NCBI GenBank assembly: GCA_013239625.1
Contig: MU053504.1
Span: forward strand, 2,178,607-2,242,606
DNA length: 64,000 nucleotides
Source of the DNA: Lama guanicoe
Lineage: Eukaryota
Reading direction: 5' to 3'
The notes under the pieces were generated by a model. The model searched no databases and was not told the DNA's origin. It saw only the letters and a program-made list of their open reading frames with translations. Shown in pieces: positions 37,780 to 50,374 of this stretch (position 1 is its first letter; each line of letters opens with the position of its first letter). The translations under genes and the position numbers were made by a program.

Positions 37780-39000
37780 AGCCCAAACACGCCGGTGGCA
37801 GTGCTGGGGCGGGGACGTGGGGGAGGGAGCGGTTAAACAGAGCGCGGGGGACTGTCGGCCTAGACGGCAGTGGCGAAATCAGGCCGAGGGACAAAGGCTA
37901 AGGTCAGCTTCGGTTCAAGCCCTTCCGTTTGTCAGCGAAGACGACCAGCAACTGTGGGCACACTGCTGGGCTGGAGGAGGGCGCGAGCTGGCAGAATACA
38001 GGACGTAGCAGCGGGAGGGACTCGGGGGCGCGAGGCCGCGTCCCGGGAGAGTTCTGGGTCCCGGAGCGCTGACCGGTCCACTCGAAACGGAGAGTGCGGG
38101 ACCTTCCACCCACGCGTCTATTGGGCGGCGCCGCCATCACTCTCCACTCAGCAACACCACCTTCTCCTCCTCCGCCCAGCCTGGATCCCCTCCCCCGCCA
38201 TCCTCCGCCCTGCCCCGCTTAGGAGCCTCTCATTGGACGGAGGCTCAGTCGATCCGCCTCGAGTCAGTGAGCGGATTGGACAAGAGGCCTTCGGGCCGCC
38301 CCTAGCCTACTTGGATTGGCTTGCTGCGCGTTGGCGCAACGGAAGAGGCGGCCTGTGAAGGGTGCTCTTTTGCTCTGGCTGGATTGCCGCGGAGGAGGCG
38401 ACGAGGGGTTCGGCGCTGGGGGGCTGGCTCGGGCGGCAGCGGTGGCTGCTGCGGATGGGAGCGGGCCGGTTCGAAGCGCCCATGGAGCGCCACGGCAGGG
38501 CCGCCGCCACCTCCACCTCGTCAGCCGAGGAGCTGGCGCCTGGGGCCCCCAATGGGCGGCGGCGGGAGCCGCTGCGGCGCCGGGCGAACAGCGCGTCGGC
38601 GCCCACCGTCGGGGCCTCGGCCTCAGCCTCGGCCTCGGTCTCGGCTTCGGCGGAGCGCGTAAGGCGGAACCGGCCTGGCTCTTACAGCGGTGCTACCTCG
38701 GTCTCCCGTCAGCGCGTCGAAAGCCTGAGGAAGAAGCGGCCGCGTAAGTGCCCGGCCTGGCGCCCTGGCGGCTCGCCCTGCCCCCTTCCGGCCCGGCTGC
38801 CGTTTTTCCCGCGCGCCCGCGCGGAGACAGTGCCCCCGCACGGTGGTCCCAGGTTGGTGCGTGGGCTGACACCTGGCTGGAGGCCGCGGGTCCGCCAAAA
38901 CGCGGGGGCTTCGGGGTTCGGCCCCTTCTGGCCCTCGCTTGCAGTGGTCGGCCCTTCCCGGTTGTCCGAGTGGAAGTTCCTTCTTGAGGACCTTTCCTCC
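37780..39000. promoter_or_regulatory. CpG-island promoter of PANK2 with reverse CCAAT boxes
   Basis: High CpG density; ATTGG at 38120, 38232, 38275 and 38315; GC boxes; X-box-like GTTGCCATGGAGAC just upstream (37699-37712). Confidence 0.85.
38416..38743 (+). CDS. PANK2: PANK2 exon 1; start at CUG 38416 (alternative ATG at 38455 or 38482)
   Basis: [28 protein letters not shown]...[21 protein letters not shown] matches the PANK2 N-terminus; GCG CTG G Kozak-like context; donor C|GTAAGT at 38743/38744. The start codon is inferred. Confidence 0.85.
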
Positions 39001-42000
39001 CTGTTCTTAGCTCCTTGGACATTCTTTGCCGGAGAATCACATAATTTTATTCCTCGGGAAGGCTTCTTTTGACTCATTTTCATCGCCTCCCCTTTCTCTA
39101 AATCGTTTGAATTCTCAGTGTCTTTCTTAACGTGGTTTTTCCAAGGAGCTACTCTTCCAAGACATTACATCCTTTTTATCTGAAGATTTCGACCTTACAG
39201 GAAAATGGTTGAGTTACTGCAAACTAGATTCCGTGTTCTGTGCACTAAATTTGGTTGCTTTTCTTCCCACGAGAATTCGGGTCATCTTTTACCTAGATAT
39301 CGCCTTTTTTCCCCCCATCTGTTTGTTGGTTCTCACGATTCAGGCCTGAACCATTCTGGGCATTAAGCCTTTTTCTTTTGAGGGAAAACGACGTATTTCT
39401 GAATCTCGTTTTGTCAGTGCACACGCTCTTCCCAGAGAATCGGTTTCTCCATTTTATTACCAGGTTTTTCTGCCTTGTGATCTAGTCCAAATATTTTTTT
39501 CCCTTCACAGGCCTTCAAGTCCTCTCTCTAGCAGCCATTACACTTCTTGAAGGTGTCCACTAGCTTGATAACTCTAACAGGAGCTTTACAATAGAATATT
39601 TTACATATGGTTAGACATTTTTCTTGTTGCCAGAATCCTGTTTCAGGAAATCAACTTGTTTTAAATGCAGATTATGAGAGTGAGAAGGTGGCAGGGTGAG
39701 TGTGAGGTCTTAACTGGATAGTCTTGCACCTTAGCCCAACAACCCAGTTGCTTTACTCTTATCTTTTATGATTTAGATGATTAAATATTAAATAGAGCCG
39801 TATTTTGCTAGGAAAAATTTGGGAGTTTTCAAGTCTTTTGTCTTTTCCTATCTTCTTGAAAGAGATTTGGAAAAGAGGTTATCCACTCTCAACCTATGCC
39901 ATTTTTAGAACCAATTTCCTGGTTTGTGTTTGGAGAAACACCTGACTTTTAAGTGATGCAAAACATTAATTCTCTCATGATTTTGTACTGCCTTGTTAGA
40001 GATGGATGTAAATTCCAGAGGTTCAGCAAATAAGAATCACAGCACATAGCCAGCACTTTGTGGCCAGTGACCACAAAGATTCTAAGTAAGTATTGTAATT
40101 TGGGTGTTTTTTAAAATAGTTTTTTTCATGTAGTCTTTTGAGAGCTTTAATAACTCTTTAGCCCTTACAACTTCTCGGTAGGTGGTAGTATTCCGTTTTA
40201 TAGATGAGAAAACTGGGAAATGTTTGCCCAGTGTCAAATGGCTAGTGTGTGGTGGAATGGAAATGCAAACTCAGAAATTCTGGCTTTTTGTAACATCTGC
40301 TCTTGAATACTGTGCTTTATTTAATTGTTTCATGTTCTATTAGCTGTGTTTCAATTGCTCTATGAAGCATGATTACGCTCTTTTGCGTTCAAGGCTCTGT
40401 TACTTGAGGTGAAAATTTCTAGCTACTGTGGAAGTACTTCTGAATTTTGAACACAGAAATGATCTTGGGAGTTAAAGATACAGATTCCCTGGGTCCAGTT
40501 CTCTGTCTTTTGAGTTGAAATCTGGAGAGGATTCTAAGAAGCTGCATTTTTAACAAGCTCCTCGTATCATTCAGATACAGGTCACTCTGAGACCACTGTG
40601 TAAAACACTGGTTTAGACTGTAATGGGAGGGTGAAAGTGGTATATAAGGTGCTTTTGGAATGTCTTTTCGGGAGCTAAGACAATATTCATCTTGTAGGAT
40701 TTATTTATTTACTTATTTTTGTTTTGGTAGCTGATGTTTGTCATGGTCCCCTTCATTGCTTTTCCTGACTGATAAGTCACGAAAAGCCGTCTCTAAGGTA
40801 ATGGGACCTGCTAAAGAAATAAGCAAGATATTGTTCTTCCATCCCTTTGTTCTTTCTGTAGTATCCCGGGATGCACCTGTTAGATGGAAAAGCAGTGTAT
40901 TGACTGCTGAACCCTCCAGGAATATACTTAAGTATTGACTTTGAGGGAGTTCGATAAAGGTTAAATCTTTGTATTTTCTTCTTAGGAGAGTTGAGGATGG
41001 CGTGTTGCCATCTTTCTTTTGAGATTAGAAAATCTCATTTTGACATCATTGCACTGCTTATCTAAAGGTAGAAGACTAGTTGTCACCTGAAACTGAAAGG
41101 AGCTGTTTAGTTTCTCTTAGGAATTGTTGTGGACCCTGATTATGGTCATGTTCTGCCACACATGTTCCCTAGAGCCCCGTGATTCCCAAACCTGTCCCCA
41201 CCTCAGACTTAAGACATCATAGTCATTAGGGATGAGGCTAGACATGTGTGTCTAAGAAGTTCTTCAAAAGTTTTACATTAGCTGGAGTATGTCTCATAGG
41301 ACTAAGAAATACCTAATCACAATTAGTTTAAAATGGTGGAAACAAAGATGCTAATGATGGTAACATAGTGCTTACTTGTTTATGTTAGAGGCTGTGCCAA
41401 ATACTTTGTAAACATTTTTTTTTTAAAGTCTTCACAGTTACCCTGCCAAGTGGGTGTTTGTTGTCTCCAGTTTCCAAAGGAGGAAATGGGCTCAGTAAAA
41501 TTGTCCTTTTGTCCAAGGGCATATAGTTAGTTGGTAATGGAGCTGTGTTTTGATTTTAGGTGTCTGACTTCAGACCCAGTGTTTTTGAGTTTCTCCATCT
41601 TGGAGGGTACATGTGCAGTAATCCAGAGTAGTGGTTCTCACATGCAGTCACTCAGAAAAAAACCTCTCAGATCGTCAGAGGGGTCTAAAAATGTCTTTTA
41701 ATTTTTAAAATTTTATCGAGGCATAGTTGTGTACAGTAAAATGTACAATTTTGACAAATGTATATACATGCATGTAACAAGAGAATATTCATTTTAATCA
41801 AGGGCCCCAGATGCACAGCAAATGTGCAGGAGGTGTGGGGACTCTGAGATCAGAGTGCATCACAGCAGTGTAGGGAGGATGAGCTGCATCCTTGAAGGTG
41901 CCTCCCGAGCATGTTGTAACACTCCAGGGAGTGCTTTGGGACACGCTTGATTTTGGACTCATGCCAATCTCGGAATGTCTTTAACCTCCATTAGTCTAGA

Positions 42001-43434
42001 AAATTAAGCTTTTGTTTGTAGCTTGATAACGCTAACCTAGAAAATAGATAGCTTTTCCTTGGTATTTTGGGGGAGTATTGGTGGTGTCAGAATGGAATTG
42101 GTGCTGGGGCCTTGGAGGACTGCATTTGATCAGGTGCAGAGTTTCATCTTCAGTTAGGAAATTAGGAAGGGCTGCCCAGTGACTGGGAGCTGAGGAAAGA
42201 AGTTAGATTTCTGTTGCTTTGTAGCCCAGTTTTGAGAGATAGAATGGGAGAGGATGCTTTTTAACCTATTGTTTTTATCAACTAAATCTAAATGAAATAA
42301 AAGTAAACATAGCCCTTCTTCTGAATAAGAAATATAAAGCATTAAGCACAGCCTAAAAATAATACAATTATGCAGCTTGTAAAATGTACAGTATGTTTTT
42401 TAGGCATGTATGGATTATGCATTTTGATAATATGATTGTTGAGTGTTGGCATCCCTGCCTTCTATTTATCTGGAGAGATGGTAAGCAAGAAAGGATCTAT
42501 GCTGTTAAAAATATTTTGCTTAAACTCATGTTAAAAGGAAAAATGAGGAACAAGATAATAGACTGTAGGTTATTTGAAAGTACCTTATCAGGCAGTGAAA
42601 AGATAGCTATTTTGACTGGTCATTTAGAAGAGCAGTAATGTTCCTTGGGCTTAAATTTATAAACTTTTCAGGTTCATAATTTGAGGTATCTTTACAGGCA
42701 CTGTTTTTTTCTCAACTTATATTCTTTCTCAGTTTTTGTCAGCAATACGGGCTAGGATTGAAAACCCCTTTTTCCAAATAATGGCTTAAAGTTTGCTTTC
42801 TTAAAGTGAAAACTATCTTGCAGTTTTTAGTAGTCTATTAGGTTTTGTATGTTTTTATTTCTTGAATGTAGAATTTATTATTGAGTCTGCTGGTTTTATA
42901 GTAGATAATATTTTACAAGTATCTACGCCCTGAGTTAAAGCTACTTTGGGAATAAGAAGAATTAGTATTAAGGTATATCTTTTAGTGTGAGGCCAAAGAG
43001 TGCTGCCTAGACCAGCCTGAAGATTTAGGTTTGCAATATCTTAACCATATGTGGTCTGGTAAAGATGTAGTTCATAATGTTGGAAAATTGAGTACACTTT
43101 TATAAACCATGTATTTCTCACTGGAAAGCATTTCAGTTGTTGAGACCTGTTATAAGACAGTGTGCTAATGATGATTTTACATAAATCTGTAAGGAAAAGT
43201 TTAAATTCTTTCTAAAGATGTCCTAAGTCAAGATAGTCTAGATAGAGTACATTGGATGTCTGAATATCAGGAGATATGCTAAAGGCTAAAAATAGCCTAA
43301 AATGTCTGAAAATTAATGGAAAGACTCACTAATTAGATGTGATAAAATAGATATTCTTTTAGTGAGATAGGAGGAATGTGATGTGTGGCAAAAGTTTGTT
43401 TTTCCATGACTTTTCCCACCAGAAACACATAGTG

Positions 43435-43582
43435 TTTTTTTCTTTTCTTTTTTTAATTTGGGCGGGGAGGTAATTAGGTTTGTTGGTTGGTTGGTTTGTT
43501 TAAATCTAGGTACTGGGGACTGAACCCAGGACCTTGTGCATGCTAAGCATGCACTCTACCACTGAGCTATTACCCACCCCCC
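43435..43582 (-). mobile_element. tRNA-derived SINE
   Basis: A/B boxes on the minus strand; TSD aacacatagtg at 43424-43434 and 43583-43593. Confidence 0.9.
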
Positions 43583-44779
43583 AACACATAGTGAGTGTTT
43601 TGAGTAAGAATTGGAAGGCTTATTCCAGTAATCATTATATTATAGCTTATGGGGGCAGTCTCTCAGTCATTGATAGGAATCTAAACCCCTTTCAACAGGC
43701 TGAATGTTTAGAAACAACAGAATTGTATGGCCTGAGAAATTATCAGAGAGCATGCATCTAATGGATCTCCCATGTCTTTAATTGCCTCTCATGTCTTGGA
43801 TACATAAATGGTTTGATCAGTAGTATAACAAAAAAACCAGAAACCATTAAAAGCTGTAACAGAGTATGAACTGAGCTTTTTGCTTTCTTTTCTTAAGACT
43901 CCTTATCTATTGCTGGTCCTCTTTATTAATTTAACGTATGTGGTTTTTATTAAACTGCTTTTTGCTTAAAAAAAATTTACCCAAGAAAATATGTTCTGTG
44001 CTTTTAGGATTATATAGATACTGGTTAAAAGGATTTAGGAAATCTGGGTTTGAGTCCCACTTCTGCCTTGTCTTGACTGTGACCTTGGGCTCTTTGGCAC
44101 TTCAGTTTCTTAATCTGTAGAGAGGGATGATTGCCTTGCATGGTTAAACATAAAATAAGCTCATGCAGTAAAGTGCTTGGCTGTTAAGGTGATCATTTGA
44201 GACACAATAGCCATATGCTAATGTTTCAACTTTTTAATCTAAGGAAAGGGGAGTGAGACTTAATTTGTTTTAAGCATTGCAAAACCTTCCATTGTTCTTG
44301 GATATGTCCAGATATGTTCATTCCTTTCAGTCCTGTTGATGAGGTATGTTTGTTGGTAGTGCTGTGTCTCTTTTCCTGTGCACCAGGTTGGCAGTATCTT
44401 AAAGTTGATGGTTAAAGAATGGTGCTGCTAGTAGGAAAATGGGAATGGGATCGCCTTGTTTCAAGTCATATCCAGCCCTGTTGCTTTCATGAGTGAAGAA
44501 ACTTTTTTTTTTCCTTCTCCATGCCAGGGACAGACTTCATGACTCATGCCAGGTTGAGTTACTCCCTCATTACTGGGAATGAAGTTTCTGTTGGTGTTTA
44601 AAAAAAGTCTCCTTGTGACTGAGGTGGAATGACTGTAGGGAGTCAGCCACAGTATTCCCTTTAGTATTGCATTGACATTGTTAGATTAATTTGGGGAGAA
44701 TTAACATTTTAACAGCATTTGCTTTTCCTTCCTGGAACATGATACATCTTCCCCATTACTGTGACTTTCAGTATACAGT

Positions 44780-44897
44780 TTTGGTTGGGGGGAGTGGAAA
44801 TTAGGTGTATTTATTTTAATGGAGGTACTGGGGATTGAACCCAGGATCTCAGGCATGCAAAGCACGTGCTCTACCATTGAGCTATTCCCTACCCGCC
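44780..44897 (-). mobile_element. tRNA-derived SINE
   Basis: ggaggtactggggattgaacccagga..ctctaccattgagctat. Confidence 0.85.
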
Positions 44898-46419
44898 TCA
44901 GTATGCCATTTTAATAGCAATCATACATATTTAGTATTAATTTCTAAATACTTTATGGCTTTGTTATACATGACATTTTTTCATGTAGTTTTCTTGCTAG
45001 GTTTAGCTTATAACATAGGGAAAACTTGGTATTTGTATTGTTGTGTGTCCAGATAATAAAAATGTTTAAAAAAATTTTGTTGGCTTAATCGATTCTCTTA
45101 ATTTTTATTTTTTGGAATCTATTGAGATAATCATGGTTTTTCTCCATTAATGTACTAATGTAAGCAAATCTCATTAATTGGAATTTTAATGTGAAAGTCA
45201 TCACTGCATTCCAGTGAAGAATCTCTATTGACCATGGTGTATTACTCTTACTGCACAGCTGGATTCTCTTGTTTAATAATTTAATATTTTTGCATTTGTG
45301 TTGTGAGATACTTTTCTAGTTTAGATATGAGGTTAGAATGACTTGAGAATCTTTCTAAATTCTTCTGTGTCTTATAAAGTTTTGCCTGAAAACCATTAGG
45401 GCCTGCTGTTTTTGTTGTTTGGGTGGTAGGTTTTGACATCGTTTAAAAATTTTTCATTGCTTTTGATTTCTGTTTTTTACCTCATTTTGAGCCACTTTGT
45501 GTACTGTTTTTTCTACCTAATCCTCTATTTAGTGTACATTTTGAATTTACTGTTACAAAGTCGTAAATTGGCTTATTTGTATAATTTCTGGTTAAGTACT
45601 TTCATCTTCTCTGATTTTTTTTTTTTGAGAAAAGCTATATCTTTTCTTGGGTAAAACAAATTTGTTTTAGTGGCTTTTTCAAAGCTTGGTTTTATTGATC
45701 AGCTTTGTTGTGGCTTTGTTCACAGTGATGATGTTTTTCTAATTTCATTTATATATTCTTTCATTTTCAATAACTTCCTTCTGCTTATTTTGGGGCTGTT
45801 TTATTTTTCCAGCACTTCAGATTGTATGCGACGTTCTCTTTTATTGAGGCTTCCTTCTTTTTGAATACATTTGATAAACATTTAAGGCTCAAAGTTTCCC
45901 TTTAAGTACCACCTTGGGTATATCCTCTTCTTTTTGATACATGGTGTTCTCATTGTCATTCATTTAAAAATAAGTTTTGTTTTGATTTCACCTTCAATCT
46001 CAAGAGTTAATAGAAATGAGTTTGAAAGTTTCCAGGTGGATAGGTTTATTTCTTTGTGTCTATTGGATTGATTTCTTATTTTGAGGTATTGTGGAAAGTG
46101 CAGTTTGGTTTTGTCCTTTGGAATTGGAGAGTTTTAGTGCTGTTAATTTTGTGATTAGTTTATGAGTATTTGAAAAGGAAATATATTTGGTTTTTTGGTA
46201 CAAAGTTCAATTTCTGTATAATAAATCCACCTTTTTAGCTGTGATATTTAAATCCTCTGCATATCTTTATTTTGTGTGTGTGTGTGCAAATTTCTGAGAC
46301 TCATTTCATTCTCACACTGATTTGTAGATTTGTCAGTTTCTTTTTAATATTTTTTGAAGCATGTGTCAGGATCATATCAATACACATTTTTATGCACATG
46401 ACATAATTTCTTTTTGTCC

Positions 46420-46541
46420 CCCTTTTTTGGGTGGGATTAATTAGATTTATTTATTTAATTAAAGGACATACTGGGGGATTGAACCTAGAATCTCGTGCAT
46501 GCTAAGCATGCGCTCTACCATTTGAGCTATACTCTCCCTCC
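46420..46541 (-). mobile_element. tRNA-derived SINE
   Basis: ggggattgaacctagaatctcgtgcatgctaagcatgcgctctacca..gagctata. Confidence 0.85.
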
Positions 46542-49500
46542 ACGTCTCCTTGTAATGCTTTTTGTTTGAATTCTTTTCAGTCTGCTAGTATTGTATTTGC
46601 TTTCTGTTAACACTTGCTTGATACAGCAGAGTAACACTGTCCAGGCATTTATTTTGCTTTCCCAAATTCAAGTGTATAAATGTGTCAAAGCAGTTAAATA
46701 AATGGTGCCAGTAACTCTACTCACTAATTTAGTCAGTGAATATATAATTGCGAGTGAGCACAGGGATGAGAGTCGTGAATCTTACTTTGGTAGATCACTG
46801 TTTGGAGGGACACCTCATAATGTGAGCATGATAACCCTTGTTAAATGCAATGCTGGTCTTGAAACATAAGATTTGACTTTTACTATGTCTTGTTTCTTAA
46901 ATGTAAGTCAACTGCTCTGTCTAGTTTATCAGTCTTCAGTGAGGCGCTTACGATTTTGATTTACTCGTTTTTGAGTGAATGCCATTTTCATCTTAAAGCT
47001 TCCAGTTCCTTAGGATGGGACTCTATTGTGGGTGTTTTACCATTATTTACCTTCAGTCTGCTTGTATTTTTTTATTTTAGCTGCATCTTTTTATATAAGC
47101 ATATAGTTTAATTTTCTCTTCAGTCTGGAAGAGAAATTTTACCTATTTGTGATTACTCATGTGTTGTATTCAATTCTGTCATTTTGTTCTGTATTTAATA
47201 CATCTTTTTCCTCGTTTTTCAACTGATTTTTTTTCCCTACTCGTTTGAAGGTCATATGTTCATTTTCTCTTCTTCTGGAGTTACTTGTAAATTTTTAATG
47301 CATTTAAACCATCACTTCTTTATTCTTGTTTAGAATTAATCACAATCTGTATCTTCTGTTCCCCATCAAGACAGAACTGCTGCTTGCTTTGACTTCCCTC
47401 TCCTTTCTCTTCCTTCTTCAACTTCCTCTGTTGAAATCATGTAAGTATTTTAGTTCTATATTGCTTATTTTCCTAAAAGTCAACATGTATTGCTTCCTGC
47501 GCTTATCATTGTTTATTATAGTTCATATCTTCTTGGGTGCTTTAAAAATTCTATTGGAGTGCATCTACTATTATTTCAGAGAAGATCTTTGAGTAGTAAA
47601 CGTTGAGCTCTTTCACATGTGAAAATGTCTTTCTCTTGCATTCCCACTTGAAAGCTCATTTGGCTGGGTATGAGTTTCAGATTGCTTGGCTTATGACTTT
47701 GCCAGTGCTCTGTTGTCTTCTAGCATCTGTGTTGCTGATGGAAAGTCTAATTTTACCTTTATGTGAATGTATCTTTGTAGAAATTCACTTTTTTCCTTTA
47801 GAAATTTTTTAGTATTTCCTGAAATTTCAATAAGATGTGTCTGTAAGTCTCCTCTTTATCTACTTATTAATTTTGTTTAACTTAGGGGATCTTTCAATCC
47901 AATGATTTGTGTCCTCCCCGCCTTCTCCCCTGGAAAATTTCTAGAACTCACTCACACAATGTAGATGTTGGACTCTCTGGTTCTGTGTTTTGTATATCTA
48001 CCTTTCTTTCATACTCCAGAGGGTATATGGGAGAATTTTAGTTTTGTTTTCTATTTGTGTTTGCTGTGCCCATTTTGTTATTAAATGTATCTGTTGATCT
48101 TTATTTTGGAAATCATATTTCTGCTTTTTTCTTTTATAAAAGTGTCTATTGGATATGATTTACATGCAATAAAACACATCCACTTAAAGTGTACAATTCC
48201 ATGCATTTAGACAGATATATATACCCATGAAGCTTCCCTTTTGCCCCAACAATCAAGATTTGGGTTACCACAGAAAGTTTTCTTCTGCCCTTCTATAGTC
48301 CTTCCCTCCTTCCCTCTTTCCCTCCTAAGGCCTGTGATCTGCTTTCTGTCAGATGCAAAAATGATTAGTTTGCATATTCTAGAGTTTTATATAAGTGGAA
48401 TCATATAGTATGTAGTTTTTCACACAAGGTTTCTTTCCCTCATCCTATTTTTGAGAATCATTTATGTTAAGTGTATTGTTCCTCCCACCTTTTTTTTTTC
48501 CCTAGCTGTGAAAGCCCCCGACAACTAGGAAACTTAACTTTGATATAGTTCCCAGGCCTTATTCAGATTTCACTAGTTTTATGTGAACTTTTGTGTATGT
48601 ATATTTCTCTCTATATAATTTTATCACGTGCGTAGATTTTTGCGGCCATGGCTACAGTTGGCAATCATTCCTTAATTTCTAATTTTCATTTATGATGGCT
48701 TACACATTTTTCATGTGTGAAATCTCATTTTACCTCGGAGAGTGTTTATGATTCTCTTTAAGTCCTCTGTTCCTGCAGCTCTTTCTTCAGATGTTTAGCT
48801 TCTCGTTTTTGTGGTGTTGATTTCCCTTTTGGTGATTCTAGTTTGTAAAATGATCATCTCTGGTTTGAGGATTGCTGTTCTGTCAGTGGATGCAGTGTCT
48901 GTTTACCAGTTTGTCAGGATGGATTGTAGGGGAGAGATAGGAAATACGGCCAGACTTGGGGACACCTCATTTCTTCTGGGTAGTAGCAGCCACCTGGAAG
49001 CCATACTGATTCTTGGACTCAAGTGCCTGCGCTCAGTGAAGACTTTGCCTCTGTAGGGTGGGAGGTGGGGAGTGGTTTTCAGTAAAGGGAAGTGGCTGCC
49101 CTGTGCAGTTGTGCCCAGTGTGTTTCCCCGCCGGACGGCCTTGACTGCACCAGGGCCTGCTCCCATTTCCCCAGGGCAGCCACCCCCTTGGCCTCTTGGA
49201 TTGAACACCCCTCTGCTCCCCTCATCTTCATAGCTGCTCCCAGCTTTTATATCCATTCTCTTTTGAGGATTCTGGACAGTTACTGCTTTTGTCAACCTAG
49301 TTCTGCTGGTGAGATCACTTCTTGTTCCTCAGAGTTATTTTAGAAAGTTAGTAAGTCTGTTTCTTTAGTCATTTCTAGGATTTAAGGTGGGAAGAGAAGG
49401 CATGTACAGTTAATGTGGTTTATCTTGATCCAGTCTTCAGAAGCCATTTTTCGGGATGGATTTTTTTTTTTTTGGAAATGGATATTAACTTTGAAGCACC

Positions 49501-49987
49501 TGCTCAATAGATGTCCATTGAACCCTTACCTATTGACTTATTGATTGACTGATTGACATCAGGTTTTGAGAGAAACTGACCACTGTAGCTTATATGTTAT
49601 ATAGTATTGGGAATTTCTTCTACCCATAGTTTGAGTACTAAATGAGAGCTCTGAAAATTCTCAACGTTTCTTTAAGCCAAGGGGAAGTATTGTTTTCATT
49701 CTCAAGTCTCTTTTTTCAGAGATGAGAATCATGGGTAGTCATTTTGCTGTGTTTTTTTTTTTAAACGATTTCACCGTGCAGTTTGTTTGTATAAGAGGTT
49801 TGGTTGGCTTAATATTGTGATAGTTTTCTTTTTGATCTTCGTTTTTTTTTTTTTAAGATTTGCTTCCAGATCAGGCAGAATCATGTCTTCTCCAGAAAAT
49901 CTTCTACTTATATAGTTCTTGGAAACCTCAGGGTATGAAATAGTCTAATAAGTATAAATTTAGATTTCAGGAAAATAGCTGTTCTGA

Positions 49988-50374
<387 letters not shown>

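Larger units (their letters stand above)
44660..48800 (-). mobile_element. Fragmented old L1 sequence in PANK2 intron 1 (boundaries approximate)
   Basis: T-rich + strand with L1-like segments (gattaatttggggagaattaac; tctattgagataatcatggtttt; cctgaaaaccattagggcctg), interrupted by SINEs. Confidence 0.5.

Noticed and set aside
37870..38358. 162-aa ORF as an independent gene
   Set aside because: Starts at GTG, contains no ATG and overlaps the promoter. Explained as the counterpart of the PANK2 leader.
38744..39072. Continuation of the 236-aa ORF past PANK2 exon 1
   Set aside because: Readthrough of a consensus GTAAGT donor into a GC-rich intron; no recognisable homology.
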